Of a DNA stretch of 64,000 nt, positions 1 through 13,100 are shown piece after piece (positions within the stretch are counted from its first letter, which is position 1; each line of letters opens with the position of its first letter). The notes beneath the pieces were generated by a model, which was given only the letters and a program-made list of their open reading frames with translations, did no database searches and had not been told where the DNA came from. The stretch is from contig OZ024741.1 in assembly GCA_964016885.1 (NCBI GenBank), positions 309,380,001 to 309,444,000 of the forward strand. Direction: 5' to 3'. A program made the position numbers and the translations under genes. Origin of the DNA: Eledone cirrhosa. Lineage: Eukaryota.

Positions 1-7
1 GGCCAAG

Positions 8-1849
8 GTGCTAGCAAAGAGGTTGGCGCTTGTCGTGGGCAACCTGGTGGGAGATGCGCAGACATGCGCTATCCCGTCCAGGTCCATCCATGACAACCTC
101 CACCTCATGCGATACATCATAGAGAGGGTTGGGAACGAACCCGGCTTTGGTGGGGCTCTGATCAACTTGGATCAATCTAAGGCGTTCGATAGGGTCGACC
201 ATGGTTACCTGGATGCGGTGCTAGCGGCGGCAGGCTTCGGACCCGTTTTCAGAGGCTGGATCACTGCTATGCACAGCAGCCGCATCTGCTCTAGGGTCAA
301 GGTGAACGGCTACCTCTCGGAGCCGTTCAAAATCGCGCGGTCCATCCGACAAGGGTGCCCTCTCTCCTCCCTTCTGTATGTGTTGACTCTCGAGCCACTA
401 CTGCGGAAGTTGGAGTTGTTGCAGGGCATCCCTTTGGAACCGGGATTGCGGAAAGCGGTGTCAGCCTACGCCGATGACGTGACAGTAATGGTGTCGACGG
501 CCTCCGAAATCGAGGCGGTCGGCACCTTACTGGAGGAGTACGAAAAGTTCACAGGGGCTAAGCTGAACCGGGACAAGTCGATCGGTTTGCAACTCGGCAC
601 GTGGAGGGGCAGACCGATGCCCTCCGATGGCGTCGTCGGACGCTGGACGGAGGGCCCGGTGAAGTTGCTCGGGGTCTGGTTCGGACCGGACCTCCAGGTG
701 GAGAAAAACTGGGCGGAGGTTACGAACAGGGTGTTTGCACTGACCCAGAAGTGGGCCAGTTGCAAACTATCCCTGAAAGGTCGGGCGGAGGTGGCGAACA
801 CCTACATAGCGTCCGTCATCTACTACCGCCTGACCGTAGTGCCCTGCCCAAGGGAAACCCTCACCAAGATGGAGCGCGCGCTCTTCCAATTCCTTTGGAA
901 GGGGCGGGCTCCTATGGTGAGGAGATCCATCTGCTGTCAACACCCTTCGAAAGGAGGGCTGGGGATGCCGTGGCTAATGATGCGTAAACACGCATTAAGG
1001 CTACGGCACCTCTACGTATTCCTCACCGGACAACCGGTGTGGGCCTCGTTTGTGAGACGAACCTTTCCCAGACTCGTCTCACTCACCGAGCTGCAATCCT
1101 GGGTCAAGCAAAGACCGAGAAAACTGGGCGCCTGGCACACTGAGTGTGCCCAGGCGCTCACCGCCCTCTGGCAGGCGGATCCGGTTATCAGTGGAGACTC
1201 CACCGCAACATTCTATAGAGGGCTGGTACGCAGCAGGTGCGACGACGCCCTCGGAGAAGCCCTAGACATGGAGGAGGACGAACTGGCCAGCCTGTTCGGT
1301 AGGACATTCAGCCCGGGACCTATGGACAACTTCCAGAAGTCCCTGGCCTGGCAGTGCTACCGAGGGGCTTTACCCGTTCGAGAAAGGCTCTACAGACACG
1401 GGCGCCCGGGTAGGGACCCCGCCAAAAAGATCTGTCCCAGATGCGTGTGCGACGAGGAAACCGTTGCACACGCATTGGTACACTGCTCGGGCGTAGCCGA
1501 TCTGTGGGGCTATGTCGAACAACTGCTGTCAAGGGTGGGACCGATCCGGTTGACCACCGAGTCTATTGTAATGATCAAGCCGCCTCCCCCCTTCAAAGAT
1601 GAAGCAGAGGCGGTGTTTCTGTGCGTAATAGCCATGGCGAAAGAGGTTGTATGGTGGACGCGTCTGAAAGGACTGAGGTCAGGCACCTTTCTCTCTGGCC
1701 AACAACTGGTCCGTTTCTTCCGATATCATTTCGGAAGAAGGATCAGGATGGAGAGAGAGGTGCTGCACCCCAGTCGTTTTTATGAAAGGTGGGTGAAAGT
1801 GGCGAGAATGGCCCGTGTGAATGGGCCTTCTCTTTACATAAGCCTGTAG
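8..1849 (+). mobile_element. L1/Tx1-type non-LTR retrotransposon ORF2, 3' part (reverse transcriptase + C-terminal CCHC zinc finger); runs off the left edge of the window
   Basis: Uninterrupted 613-aa frame with RT motifs NLDQSKAFDRVDH, SIRQGCPLS, AYADDV and GGLG, plus the zf-RVT-type motif ALPVRERL...CPRC...ETVAHALVHC. GC content is much higher than the flanking DNA. Confidence 0.95.
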
Positions 1850-2111
1850 GTGGAAAAGAGGAAGGAACGAGGGAGCACCCCCTCTCTGTGCTCCTGAGGA
1901 AAAGGGTTGCACACTTTTTTCGGGGGTGTGTGCGACCCCCCAAGGCGCCTCCTCTCTATTGAGGATTTTGTTAAAAATTTTATTTTTGTTATATCTTATT
2001 TTATTTTTATATTTTGTTATTGCCTCCTCCTTATTGAGGACGTCTTTTTGTGTAAACTCCCCCCTTTGTACTTGTCCCACTTTTGATGCCCTAGTGGCAA
2101 ATAAAAGAAAC

Positions 2112-2112
<1 letters not shown>
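1850..2112 (+). mobile_element. 3' UTR and 3' terminus of the Tx1-like LINE (AATAAA at 2100-2105)
   Basis: Follows the ORF2 stop and ends GTGGCAAATAAAAGAAA. Essentially the same terminus (GTGGCAAATAAAGAAA) ends the related copy at 52968-53440 on the minus strand. Confidence 0.85.
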
Positions 2113-2161
<49 letters not shown>

Positions 2162-2245
2162 CTCCACGTTTCTGTCTATCTATCAATGTATTTTCTTTCT
2201 ATCTATCTAACTAACTATCCATCCAACTATCTATCTATCTATACA
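2113..2245. repeat. (TATC)n microsatellite abutting the LINE 3' end
   Basis: Perfect TATC run at 2113-2160, degenerate afterwards. Confidence 0.95.
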
Positions 2246-2254
2246 ATTACATAT

Positions 2255-2506
2255 CTGTGTGAGTGTGTGTGTCAGTGTGTGTACTTGTGTATGTGTGTAA
2301 TTTTGTGTGTTTGTATGTGTGTCTGTGTGTGCATGTTTGTATGTGTGTATATGCATTTATTTTGTGTGTATGTGTGTGACTGTGAATGTGTGTATATATA
2401 TATGTGTGTGTGTGCGTGTGTGTATATGTGTGTATGTGTGCGTGTATGTGTGTATGTGGATGTGTGTATATATGTGTGTGTGTGTGTGTATGTGGATGTG
2501 TGTATA

Positions 2507-2604
<98 letters not shown>

Positions 2605-2620
2605 CGTGTGTTATGTGTGT
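2255..2620. repeat. (TG)n/(TA)n compound microsatellite
   Basis: Seen directly. Confidence 0.95.
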
Positions 2621-2779
2621 AAGCCAAAGACATGATGTCAGACCGAGGCAAGGATCCTCACCATGTCATTCCAATCTGCTTATGACAAGAGTTATATCCC
2701 TTATCAGTCCCGTGAGACCAATCACTGATCAATGCTGGTCCTTTACCCTTGGTCAGCCAACCTCAACAACGCAGCACAG

Positions 2780-2846
2780 TCATCAAAATCATCGTCGTTA
2801 ACATCGTCATCATCATCATCATCAACATCGTCATCTTCTTCATCAA

Positions 2847-2881
<35 letters not shown>

Positions 2882-2930
2882 ACATCATCATCATCATCAT
2901 CGTCATCAACATCGTCATCTTCTTCATCAA

Positions 2931-2985
<55 letters not shown>

Positions 2986-3014
2986 GTCATCAACATCGTC
3001 ATCTTCTTCATCAA

Positions 3015-3048
<34 letters not shown>

Positions 3049-3338
3049 GTCATCAACTTCGTCATCATCATCATCATCATCATTAACATCACCATTATCA
3101 TCATAGTCATCATCATCATCAACATCGTCGTCGTCGTAATCATCATCATCATCATCATCTGCAGCTGTAGCAATTGCATTATCATTGTCACTGCATCAAC
3201 ATCCTCATCATCCTCATCATCATCATCATCATCATCCCTACCACCACAGCAATCATCATAACCATCCTCATCATCGCCAGCAGCTGCCTCATCATCAACA
3301 TCATCTCCACCAGCATTATCATTATTATTAACATCATT
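2780..3338. repeat. (ATC)n degenerate trinucleotide repeat
   Basis: Seen directly; includes recurring sub-blocks catcaacatcgtcatcttcttc. Confidence 0.95.
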
Positions 3339-3530
3339 GCCGGTGGATTGGCAGTATCGGTAGAGGGTCAGACACCATACTTTGAAGCATTGAGTTACGG
3401 CCCTTTACAGTGTGAGTTCAAATCCCACCGTGGTTAACTTTGCCTTTCATCCTTACGGGGTCGATAAAATAAAGTACCAGTAATGCACTGGGTAATTTGC
3501 TGGCCTTGTGCCTAAAGTAGAAACAATTAT
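3339..3530 (+). mobile_element. tRNA-derived SINE (family A, short form)
   Basis: A-box-like TGGCAGTATCGG, B-box GAGTTCAAATCC, body ctttcatccttacggggtcgataaaataaagtaccag, and tail gccttgtgcctaaagtagaaac + (ATT)n. About ten homologous copies or fragments occur in the window. Confidence 0.9.
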
Positions 3531-5822
3531 TATTATCATCACCATCACCATCACCATCACCATCACCATCATCATCATTACCATCATCATCATAATCATC
3601 ATCATCACCACCTTCATCACCATCAACATAATCACCATCATCACCATCACCATCATCATCATCATCACCATCATCATCACCATCATCATCACCATAACCA
3701 TCATCATCATCACTATCACCATCATCGCCATCATCATCATCTTCACCATCACCATAACCATCATCATCACCACCATCATCACCATGACCACCATCATCAT
3801 CATCACCATCACCATCATCATCACCATCACCACCATCATCACCATCATCATCATCACCATAACCATCACCATCATCATCATCACCATCAACATCATCATC
3901 ATCATATCCATCATCATCACCATCACCATCGCCATCATCATCATCACCATCATCACCATCACCATCGCCATCATCATCACCATCATCATCACCATCATCA
4001 TCACCATCATCATCACCATAACCATCATCACCATCACCACCCTCACCATCACCATCACTATCACCATCAGCATCATCATCATCACCATCACCATCACCAT
4101 CATCATTAACATCACCATCAACATCATCATCATTAACATAAGCATTATCATCACCATCATCATCACTATCATCATCACCATCATCACCACCATCGCCACC
4201 ATCATCATCATCGTCACCATCATCGCCATCACCATCATCACCATCATCATCAACATCATCATCATGACCATCATCATCACCATCATCATCATCACTATCA
4301 TCATCACCATCACCATCATTATCATCATCACTATCACCATCATCATCATCACCATCAGCGTCATCATCATCATTAACATCACCATCACCATCACCATCAT
4401 CATCATTACCATCATCAACATCATCATCATCATCACCATCACCATCATCACCATCATCATGACCATCATTACTATCACCATCATCATCACCATCATCATC
4501 ACCATCATCATCATCACCATCATCATCACCATCATCACCATCACCATCATCATCATCATCACCATCATCACCGCCATCATTATCACCATCATCATCACCA
4601 TAATCACCATCACCATCATCATCATCAACATCATGATCATCACCATCATCATCACCATCACTATCACGATCACCATCATCATCACCATCATCACGCTCAT
4701 CATCACCATCATCATCATCGCCATCATCAACACCATCATCATCACTATCACCATCAATATCATCACCCTCATCATCACCATCATCACCATTACCATCATC
4801 ATCATCACCATCATCATCACTATCATCATCACCATCATCACCACCATCACCATCCCCAGCATCATCACCATCACCATCATCACCAACATCATCATCACCA
4901 TCACCATCACCATCATTATCACCATCATTATCACCATCACCACCATCATCACCATCACCATCATCACCATCAACATCATCACCACCATCACCATCTTCAT
5001 CATCATAAGCATCACCATCATCATCAGCATCACCATCACCATCATCATTAACATCGCCATCATTATCACCATCACATTCACCATCACATCACCATCGCCA
5101 GCACCATCATCATCACCATCACCATCATCATCACCATCAGCATCATCATCATCATCACCATCACCATCATTATCACCATCACTATCACCATCACCATCAT
5201 CATCATTACCATCATCAACATCATCATCATCACCATCATCATCTCCATCATCATCATCATCACCATCAACATGATAACCATTATCATCATCACTATCACC
5301 ATCATCGTCATCATCATCATCATCACCATCACCATAACCATCATCAGCACCACCAGCATCATCATCACCATCATCGTCATCATCATCACCATCATTATCA
5401 TCATCATCATCACCATATTCATCATCATCACCATCACCATCATCATCATCATGATCATCATCACCATCACCATCATCATCACCGTCACCACCATTATCAC
5501 CATCATCATCATCACCATAACTATCAATATCACCATCATCATCATCACCATCATCTCCATCATCATCATGATCATCATCACCATCACCATCATCATCATC
5601 ATCATCTCCATCATCATCACCATCATCATCACCATCATCATCACCATCATCATCACCATCATCATCACCATCATCATCACCATCACCATCACCATCATCA
5701 TCACCATCATCATCACTATCACCATCATCATCATCACCATCACCATCATCATTAACATCACCATCACCATCACCACCATCACCACCATCATCATCATCAC
5801 CATCATCACCATCATCATCGCC

Positions 5823-5853
<31 letters not shown>

Positions 5854-6579
5854 ACATCATCATCACGATCATCACCATCATCACCACCATCATCACCATC
5901 ATTACTATCACCATCATCATCATCATCATCATCATCATCACCATCATCATCACCATCATCATCACCATCATCACCATCACCATCATCACCATCATCACCA
6001 CCATCACCATCACCATCATCATCACCATCATCATCACCATCATCATCACCATCATCATCACCATCATCATCACCATCATCACCATCACCATCATCATCAC
6101 CATCATCATCACCATCACCATCAGCATCATCATCATCACTATCATCATCACTATCATCACCACCATCACCATCATCATCACTATCATCACCAACATCACC
6201 ATCACCATCGCCATCACCATCACCATCCCCATCATCATCACGTTTCACCATCATCACCACCATCATCATCACCATCACCATCACCATCATTATCACCATC
6301 ATTATCAACATCACCACCATCATCACCATCACCATCATCACCATCAACATCATCATCAGCATCACCATCATCATCAACATCAGCATCATCATCACCATCA
6401 CCATCACCATCATTATCACCATCACCATCATTATCACCATCACCATCACCATCATCATAACTATCACCATCAGCATCATCACCATCACCATCACCATCAT
6501 CATTAACATCACCATCTCCATCAGCATCACCATCATCATCATTACCATCATCAACATCATCACCATCATCATCATCGCC

Positions 6580-6611
<32 letters not shown>

Positions 6612-6845
6612 CAACATCATCATCACCATCATCACCATCATCATCACCATCACCATCACCATCATCACCATCATCATCACCATCATTACTATCACCATCA
6701 TCATCACCATCATCATCATCACCATCATCATCATCACCATCACCATCACCATCATCACCATCATCACCACCATCACCATCATCAACATCATCACCATCAC
6801 CATCATCACCATCACCATCACCATCACCATCACCATCAACATCGT
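3531..6845. repeat. ~3.3 kb degenerate (CAT/CAC)n trinucleotide array
   Basis: Seen directly; it produces the spurious poly-M/V, D/G and H ORFs. Confidence 0.95.
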
Positions 6846-6959
6846 CGTCGTTGGTGTTGTTTATTGTCAACTTTTTAATGATATTTGCTACTGTATGTTG
6901 TTAATTGTATGTTTTTATGTTGTTGGTGTTAATGTCGTTTTTGTTGTCCGTTGTGTCTA

Positions 6960-7007
<48 letters not shown>

Positions 7008-7009
7008 AC

Positions 7010-7081
<72 letters not shown>

Positions 7082-7103
7082 CAGCAGCAGCAGCAGCAAC
7101 AAC

Positions 7104-7176
<73 letters not shown>

Positions 7177-7195
7177 CTAGTAGTTGTTGTTGTTT
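6960..7195. repeat. (GTT)n-(GTA)n-(GCA)n compound microsatellite
   Basis: Seen directly; lies just upstream of the 39-bp array. Confidence 0.95.
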
Positions 7196-10100
7196 GTGTG
7201 GTTGCTAATTCTGTAACTGTATTGCTATTGTTATTCACGTTGCTGTTGCTGTTCATTGTTGTTATTGTTGCTATTGTTGTGACTATCTTTGTTATTGTTG
7301 TTATTGTTGCTATTGTTGTGACTATCTTTGTTATTGTTGTTATTGTTTGTATTGTTGTGACTATCTTTGTTATTGTTGTTATTCTTGCTATTGTTGTGAC
7401 TATATTTGTTATTGTTGTTATTGTTGTTATTGTTGTGACTATCTTTGTTATTGTTGTTATTGTTGCTATTGTTGTGACTATATTTGTTATTGTTGTTATT
7501 GTTGTTATTGTTGTGACTATCTTTGTTATTGTTGTTAATGATGCTATTGTTGTGACTATCTTTGTTATTGTTGTTAGTGTTGCTATTATTGTGACTATCT
7601 TTGTTATTGTTGTTATTGTTGCTATTATTGTGACTATCTTTGTTATTGTTGTTATTGTTGCTATTATTGTGACTATATTTGTTATTGTTGTTAGTGTTGC
7701 TATTGTTGTGACTATATTTGTTATTGTTGTTATTGTTGCTATTATTGTGACTATCTTTGTTATTGTTGTTTTTGTTGCTATTATTGTGACTATCTTTGTT
7801 ATTGTTGTTAGTGTTGCTATTGTTGTGACTATCTTTGTTATTGTTGTTTTGTCGCAATTGTTGAGACTATATTTGTTATTGTTGTTATTGTTGCTATTTT
7901 TGTGACTATCTTTGTTATTGTTGTTATTGTTGCTATTGTTGTGACTATATTTGTTATTGTTGTTATTGTTGCTATTATTGTGACTATCTTTGTTATTGTT
8001 GTTATTGTTGTTATTGTTGTGACTATCTTTGTTATTGTTGTTATTGTTGCTATTGTTGAGACTATATTTGTTATTGTTGTTATTGATGCTATTGTTGAGA
8101 CAATCTTTGTTATTGTTGTTATTGTTGTGACTATATTTGTTATTGTTGTTATTGTTGCTATTGTTGAAACTATCTTTGTTATTGTTGTTATTGTTTCTAT
8201 TATTGTGACTATCTTTGATATTGTTGTTATTGTTGTGACTATATTTGTTATTGTTGTTATTGTTACTATTGTTGAGACTATCTTTGTTATTGTTGTTATT
8301 GTTGCTATTGTTGTGACTATATTTGTTATTGTTGTTAATCTTGCTATTGTTGTGACTATCTTTGTTATTGTTGTTATTGTTGCTATTATTGTGACTATCT
8401 TTGTTATTGTTGTTATTGTTGCTATTATTGTGACTATCTGTGTTATTGTTGTTATTGTTGCTATTATTGTGACTATCTTTGTTATGGTTGTTATTGTTGC
8501 TATTGTTGAAACTATCTTTGGTACTGTTGTTATTGTTGCTATTGTGACTATATTTGTTATTGTTATTGTTGCTATTGTTGTGACTATCTTTGTTATTGTT
8601 GTTATTGTTGCTATTATTGTGACTATCTTTGTTATTGTTGTTATTGTTGCTATTGTTGAAACTATCTTTGTTATTTTTGTTATTGTTGTTATTGTTGCTA
8701 TTGTTGTGACTGTCTTTGTTATTGTTGTTATTGTTGCTATTGTTGTGACTATCTTTGTTATTGTTGTTATTCTTGCTATTGTTGTCACTATCTTTATTAT
8801 TGTTGTTATTGTTGCTATTATTGTGACTATCTTTGTTATTGTTGTTATTGTTGCTATTGTGACTATATTTGTTATTGTTGTTATTGTTGCTATTGTTGTG
8901 ACTATCTTTGTTATTGTTGTTATTGTTGCTATTATTGTGACTATCTTTGTTATTGTTGTTATTGTTGCTATTGTTGAAACTATCTTTGTTATTTTTGTTA
9001 TTGTTGTTATTGTTGCTATTGTTGTGACTGTCTTTGTAATTGTTGTTATTGTTGCTATTGTTGTGATTATCTTTGTTATTGTTGTTAGTGTTGCTATTGT
9101 TGTGACTGTCTTTGTAATTGTTGTTATTGTTGCTATTGTTGTGACTATCTTTGTTATTGTTGTTATTGTTGCTATTATTGTGTCTATCTTTGTTATTGTT
9201 GTTATTGCTGCTATTATTGTGACTATCTTTGTTATTGTTGTTATTGTTGCAATTGGTGTGACTATCTTTGTTATTGTTGTTATTGTTGTTATTGTTGTGA
9301 CTATCTTTGTTATTGTTGTTATTGTTGCTATTGTTGACACTATCTTTGTTATTGTTGTTATTGTTGTTATTGTTGTGACTATCTTTGTTATTGTTGTTAT
9401 TGTTGCTATTGTTGTGACTATCTTTGTTATTGTTGTTATTGTTTGTATTGTTGTGACTATCTTTGTTATTGTTGTTATTCTTGCTATTGTTGTGACTATA
9501 TTTGTTATTGTTGTTATTGTTGTTATTGTTGTGACTATCTGTGTTATTGTTGTAATTGTTGCTATTGTTGTGACTATATTTGTTATTGTTGTTATTGTTG
9601 TTATTGTTGTGACTATCTTTGTTATTGTTGTTAATGTTGCTATTGTTGTGACTATCTTTGTTATTGTTGTTAGTGTTGCTATTATTGTGACTATCTTTGT
9701 TATTGTTGTTATTGTTGCTATTATTGTGACTATCTTTGTTATTGTTGTTATTGTTGCTATTATTGTGACTATATTTGTTATTGTTGTTAGTGTTGCTATT
9801 GTTGTGACTATATTTGTTATTGTTGTTATTGTTGCTATTATTGTGACTATCTTTGTTATTGTTGTTTTTGTTGCTATTATTGTGACTATCTTTGTTATTG
9901 TTGGTAGTGTTGCTATTGTTGTGACTATCTTTGTTATTGTTGTTTTGTCGCTATTGTTGAGACTATATTTGTTATTGTTGTTATTGTTGCTATTTTTGTG
10001 ACTATCTTTGTTATTGTTGTTATTGTTGCTATTGTTGGGACAATATTTGTTATTGTTGTTATTGTTGCTATTATTGTGACTATCTTTGTTATTGTTGTTA

Positions 10101-13100
10101 TTGTTGCTATTGTTGTGACTATCTTTGTTATTGTTGTTATTGTTGCTATTGTTGAGACTATATTTGTTATTGTTGTTATTGATGCTATTGTTGAGACTAT
10201 CTTTGTTATTGTTGTTATTGTTGTGACTATCTTTGTTATTGTTGTTATTGTTGTTATTGTTGTGACTATATTTGTTATTGTTGTTATTGTTGCTATTGTT
10301 GAAACTATCTTTGTTATTGTTGTTATTGTTTCTATTATTGTGACTATCTTTGATATTGTTGTTATTGTTGCTATTATGACTATATTTGTTATTGTTGCTA
10401 TTGTTGAGACTATCTTTGTTATTGTTGTTATTGTTGCTATTGTTGTGACTATATTTGTTATTGTTGTTATTCTTGCTATTGTTGTGACTATCTTTGTTAT
10501 TGTTGTTATTGTTGCTATTATTGTGACTATCTTTGTTATTGTTGTTATTGTCCTATTATTGTGACTATATTTGTTATTGTTGTTATTGTTGCTGTTATTG
10601 TGACTATCTTTGTTATTGTTGTTATTGTTGCTATTATTGTGACTAGCTGTGTTATTGTTGTTATTGTTGCTATTATTGTGACTATCTTTGTTATGGTTGT
10701 TATTGTTGCTATTGTTGAGACTATCTTTGGTACTGTTGTTATTGTTGCTATTGTGACTATATTTGTTATTGTTGTTATTGTTGCTATTGTTGTGACTATC
10801 TTTGTTATTGTTGTTATTGTTGCTATTATTGTGACTATCTTTGTTATTGTTGTTATTGTTGCTATTGTTGAAACTATCTTTGTTATTTTTGTTATTGTTG
10901 TTATTGTTGCTATTGTTGTGACTGTCTTTGTTATTGTTGTTATTGTTGCTATTGTTGTGACTATATTTGTTATTGTTGTTATTCTTGCTATTTTTGTGAC
11001 TATCTTTATTATTGTTGTTATTGTTGCTATTATTGTGACTATCTTTGTTATTGTTGTTATTGTTGCTATTGTTGAGACTATCTTTGTTATTGTTGTTATT
11101 GTTGCTATTATTGTGACTATCTTTGTTATTGTTGTTATTGTTGCTATTATTGTGACTATATTTGTTATTGTTTTTATTGTTGCTATTATTGTGACTATCT
11201 TTGTTATTGTTGTTATTGTTGTTATTGTTGTGACTATATTTGTTATTGTTGTTATTGTTGCTATTGTTGAAACTAACTTTGTTATTGTTGTTATTGTTGC
11301 AATTGTTGTGACTATATTTGTTATTGTTGTTATTCTTGCTATTGTTGTGACAATCTTTGTTATTGTTGTTATTGTTGCTATTATTGTGACTATCTTTGTT
11401 ATTATTGTTATTGTTGCTATTATTGTGACTATATTTGTTATTGTTGTTATTGTTGCTGTTATTGTGACTATCTTTCTTATTGTTGTTATTGTTGCTATTA
11501 TTGTGACTATCTTTGTTATTGTTGTTATTGTTGCTATTGTTGAGACTATCTTTGTTATTGTTGTTATTGTTGCTATTATTGTGACTATCTTTGTTATTGT
11601 TGTTATTGTTGCTATTATTGTGACTATATTTGTTATTGTTTTTATTGTTGCTATTATTGTGACTATCTTTGTTATTGTTGTTATTGTTGCTATTGTTGAA
11701 ACTATCTTTGTTATTTTTGTTATTGTTGCTATTGTTGAAACTATCTTTGTTATTTTTGTTATTGTTGTTATTGTTGCTATTGTTGTGACTGTCTTTGTTA
11801 TTGTTGTTATTGTTGCTATTGTTGTGACTATATTTGTTATTGTTGTTATTGTTGCTATTGTTGAGACTATCTTTGTTACTGTTGTTATTGTTGCTATTGT
11901 GACTATATTTGTTATTGTTGTTATTGTTGCTATTGTTGTGACTATCTTTGTTATTGTTGTTTTTGTTGCTATTATTGTAACTATCTTTGTTATTGTTGTT
12001 ATTGTTGCTATTGTTGAAACTATCTTTGTTATTTTTGTTATTGTTGTTATTGTTGCTATTGTTGTGACTGTCTTTGTTATTGTTGTTATTGTTGCTATTG
12101 TTGTGACTATATTTGTTATTGTTGTTATTCTTGCTATTGTTGTCACTATCTTTATTATTGTTGTTATTGTTGCTATTATTGTGACTATCTTTGTTATTGT
12201 TGTTATTGTTGCTATTGTGACTATATTTGTTATTGTTGTTATTGTTGCTATTATTGTGACTATCTTTGTTATTGTTGTTATTGTTGCTATTGTTGAAACT
12301 ATCTTTGTTATTTTTGTTATTGTTGTTATTGTTGCTATTGTTGTGACTGTCTTTGTTATTGTTGTTATTGTTGCTATTGTTGTGACTATATTTGTTATTG
12401 TTGTTATTGTTGCTATTGTTGAGACTATCTTTGTTACTGTTGTTATTGTTGCTATTGTGACTATATTTGTTATTGTTGTTATTGTTGCTATTGTTGTGAC
12501 TATCTTTGTTATTGTTGTTATTGTTGCTATTATTGTGACTATCTTTGTTATTGTTGTTATTGTTGCTATTGTTGAAACTATCTTTGTTATTTTTGTTATT
12601 GTTGTTATTGTTGCTATTGTTGTGACTGTCTTTGTAATTGTTGTTATTGTTGCTATTGTTGTGATTATCTTTGTTATTGTTGTTAGTGTTGCTATTGTTG
12701 TGACTGTCTTTGTAATTATTGTTATTGTTGCTATTGTTGTGACTATCATTGTTATTGTTGTTATTGTTGCTATTATTGTGTGTATCTTTGTTATTGTTGT
12801 TATTGCTGCTATTATTGTGACTATCTTTGTTATTGTTGTTATTGTTGCAATTGGTGTGACTATCTTTGTTATTGTTGTTATTGTTGTTATTGTTGTGACT
12901 ATCTTTGTTATTGTTGTTATTGTTGCTATTGTTGACACTATCTTTGTTATTGTTGTTATTGTTGTTATTGTTGTGACTATCTTTGTTATTGTTGTTATTG
13001 TTGCTATTGTTGACACTATCTTTGTTATTTTTGTTATTGTTGTGACTATCTTTGTTATTGTTGTTATTGTTGTTATTGTTGTGACTAATATTGTTATTGT

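Noticed and set aside
1890-1925. CTGAGGA in the LINE 3' UTR
   Set aside because: No matching GAAA, stem II or stem III.
3339-3430. SINE heads as tRNA genes
   Set aside because: A and B boxes are present but no cloverleaf forms, and they continue into a shared SINE body and tail.
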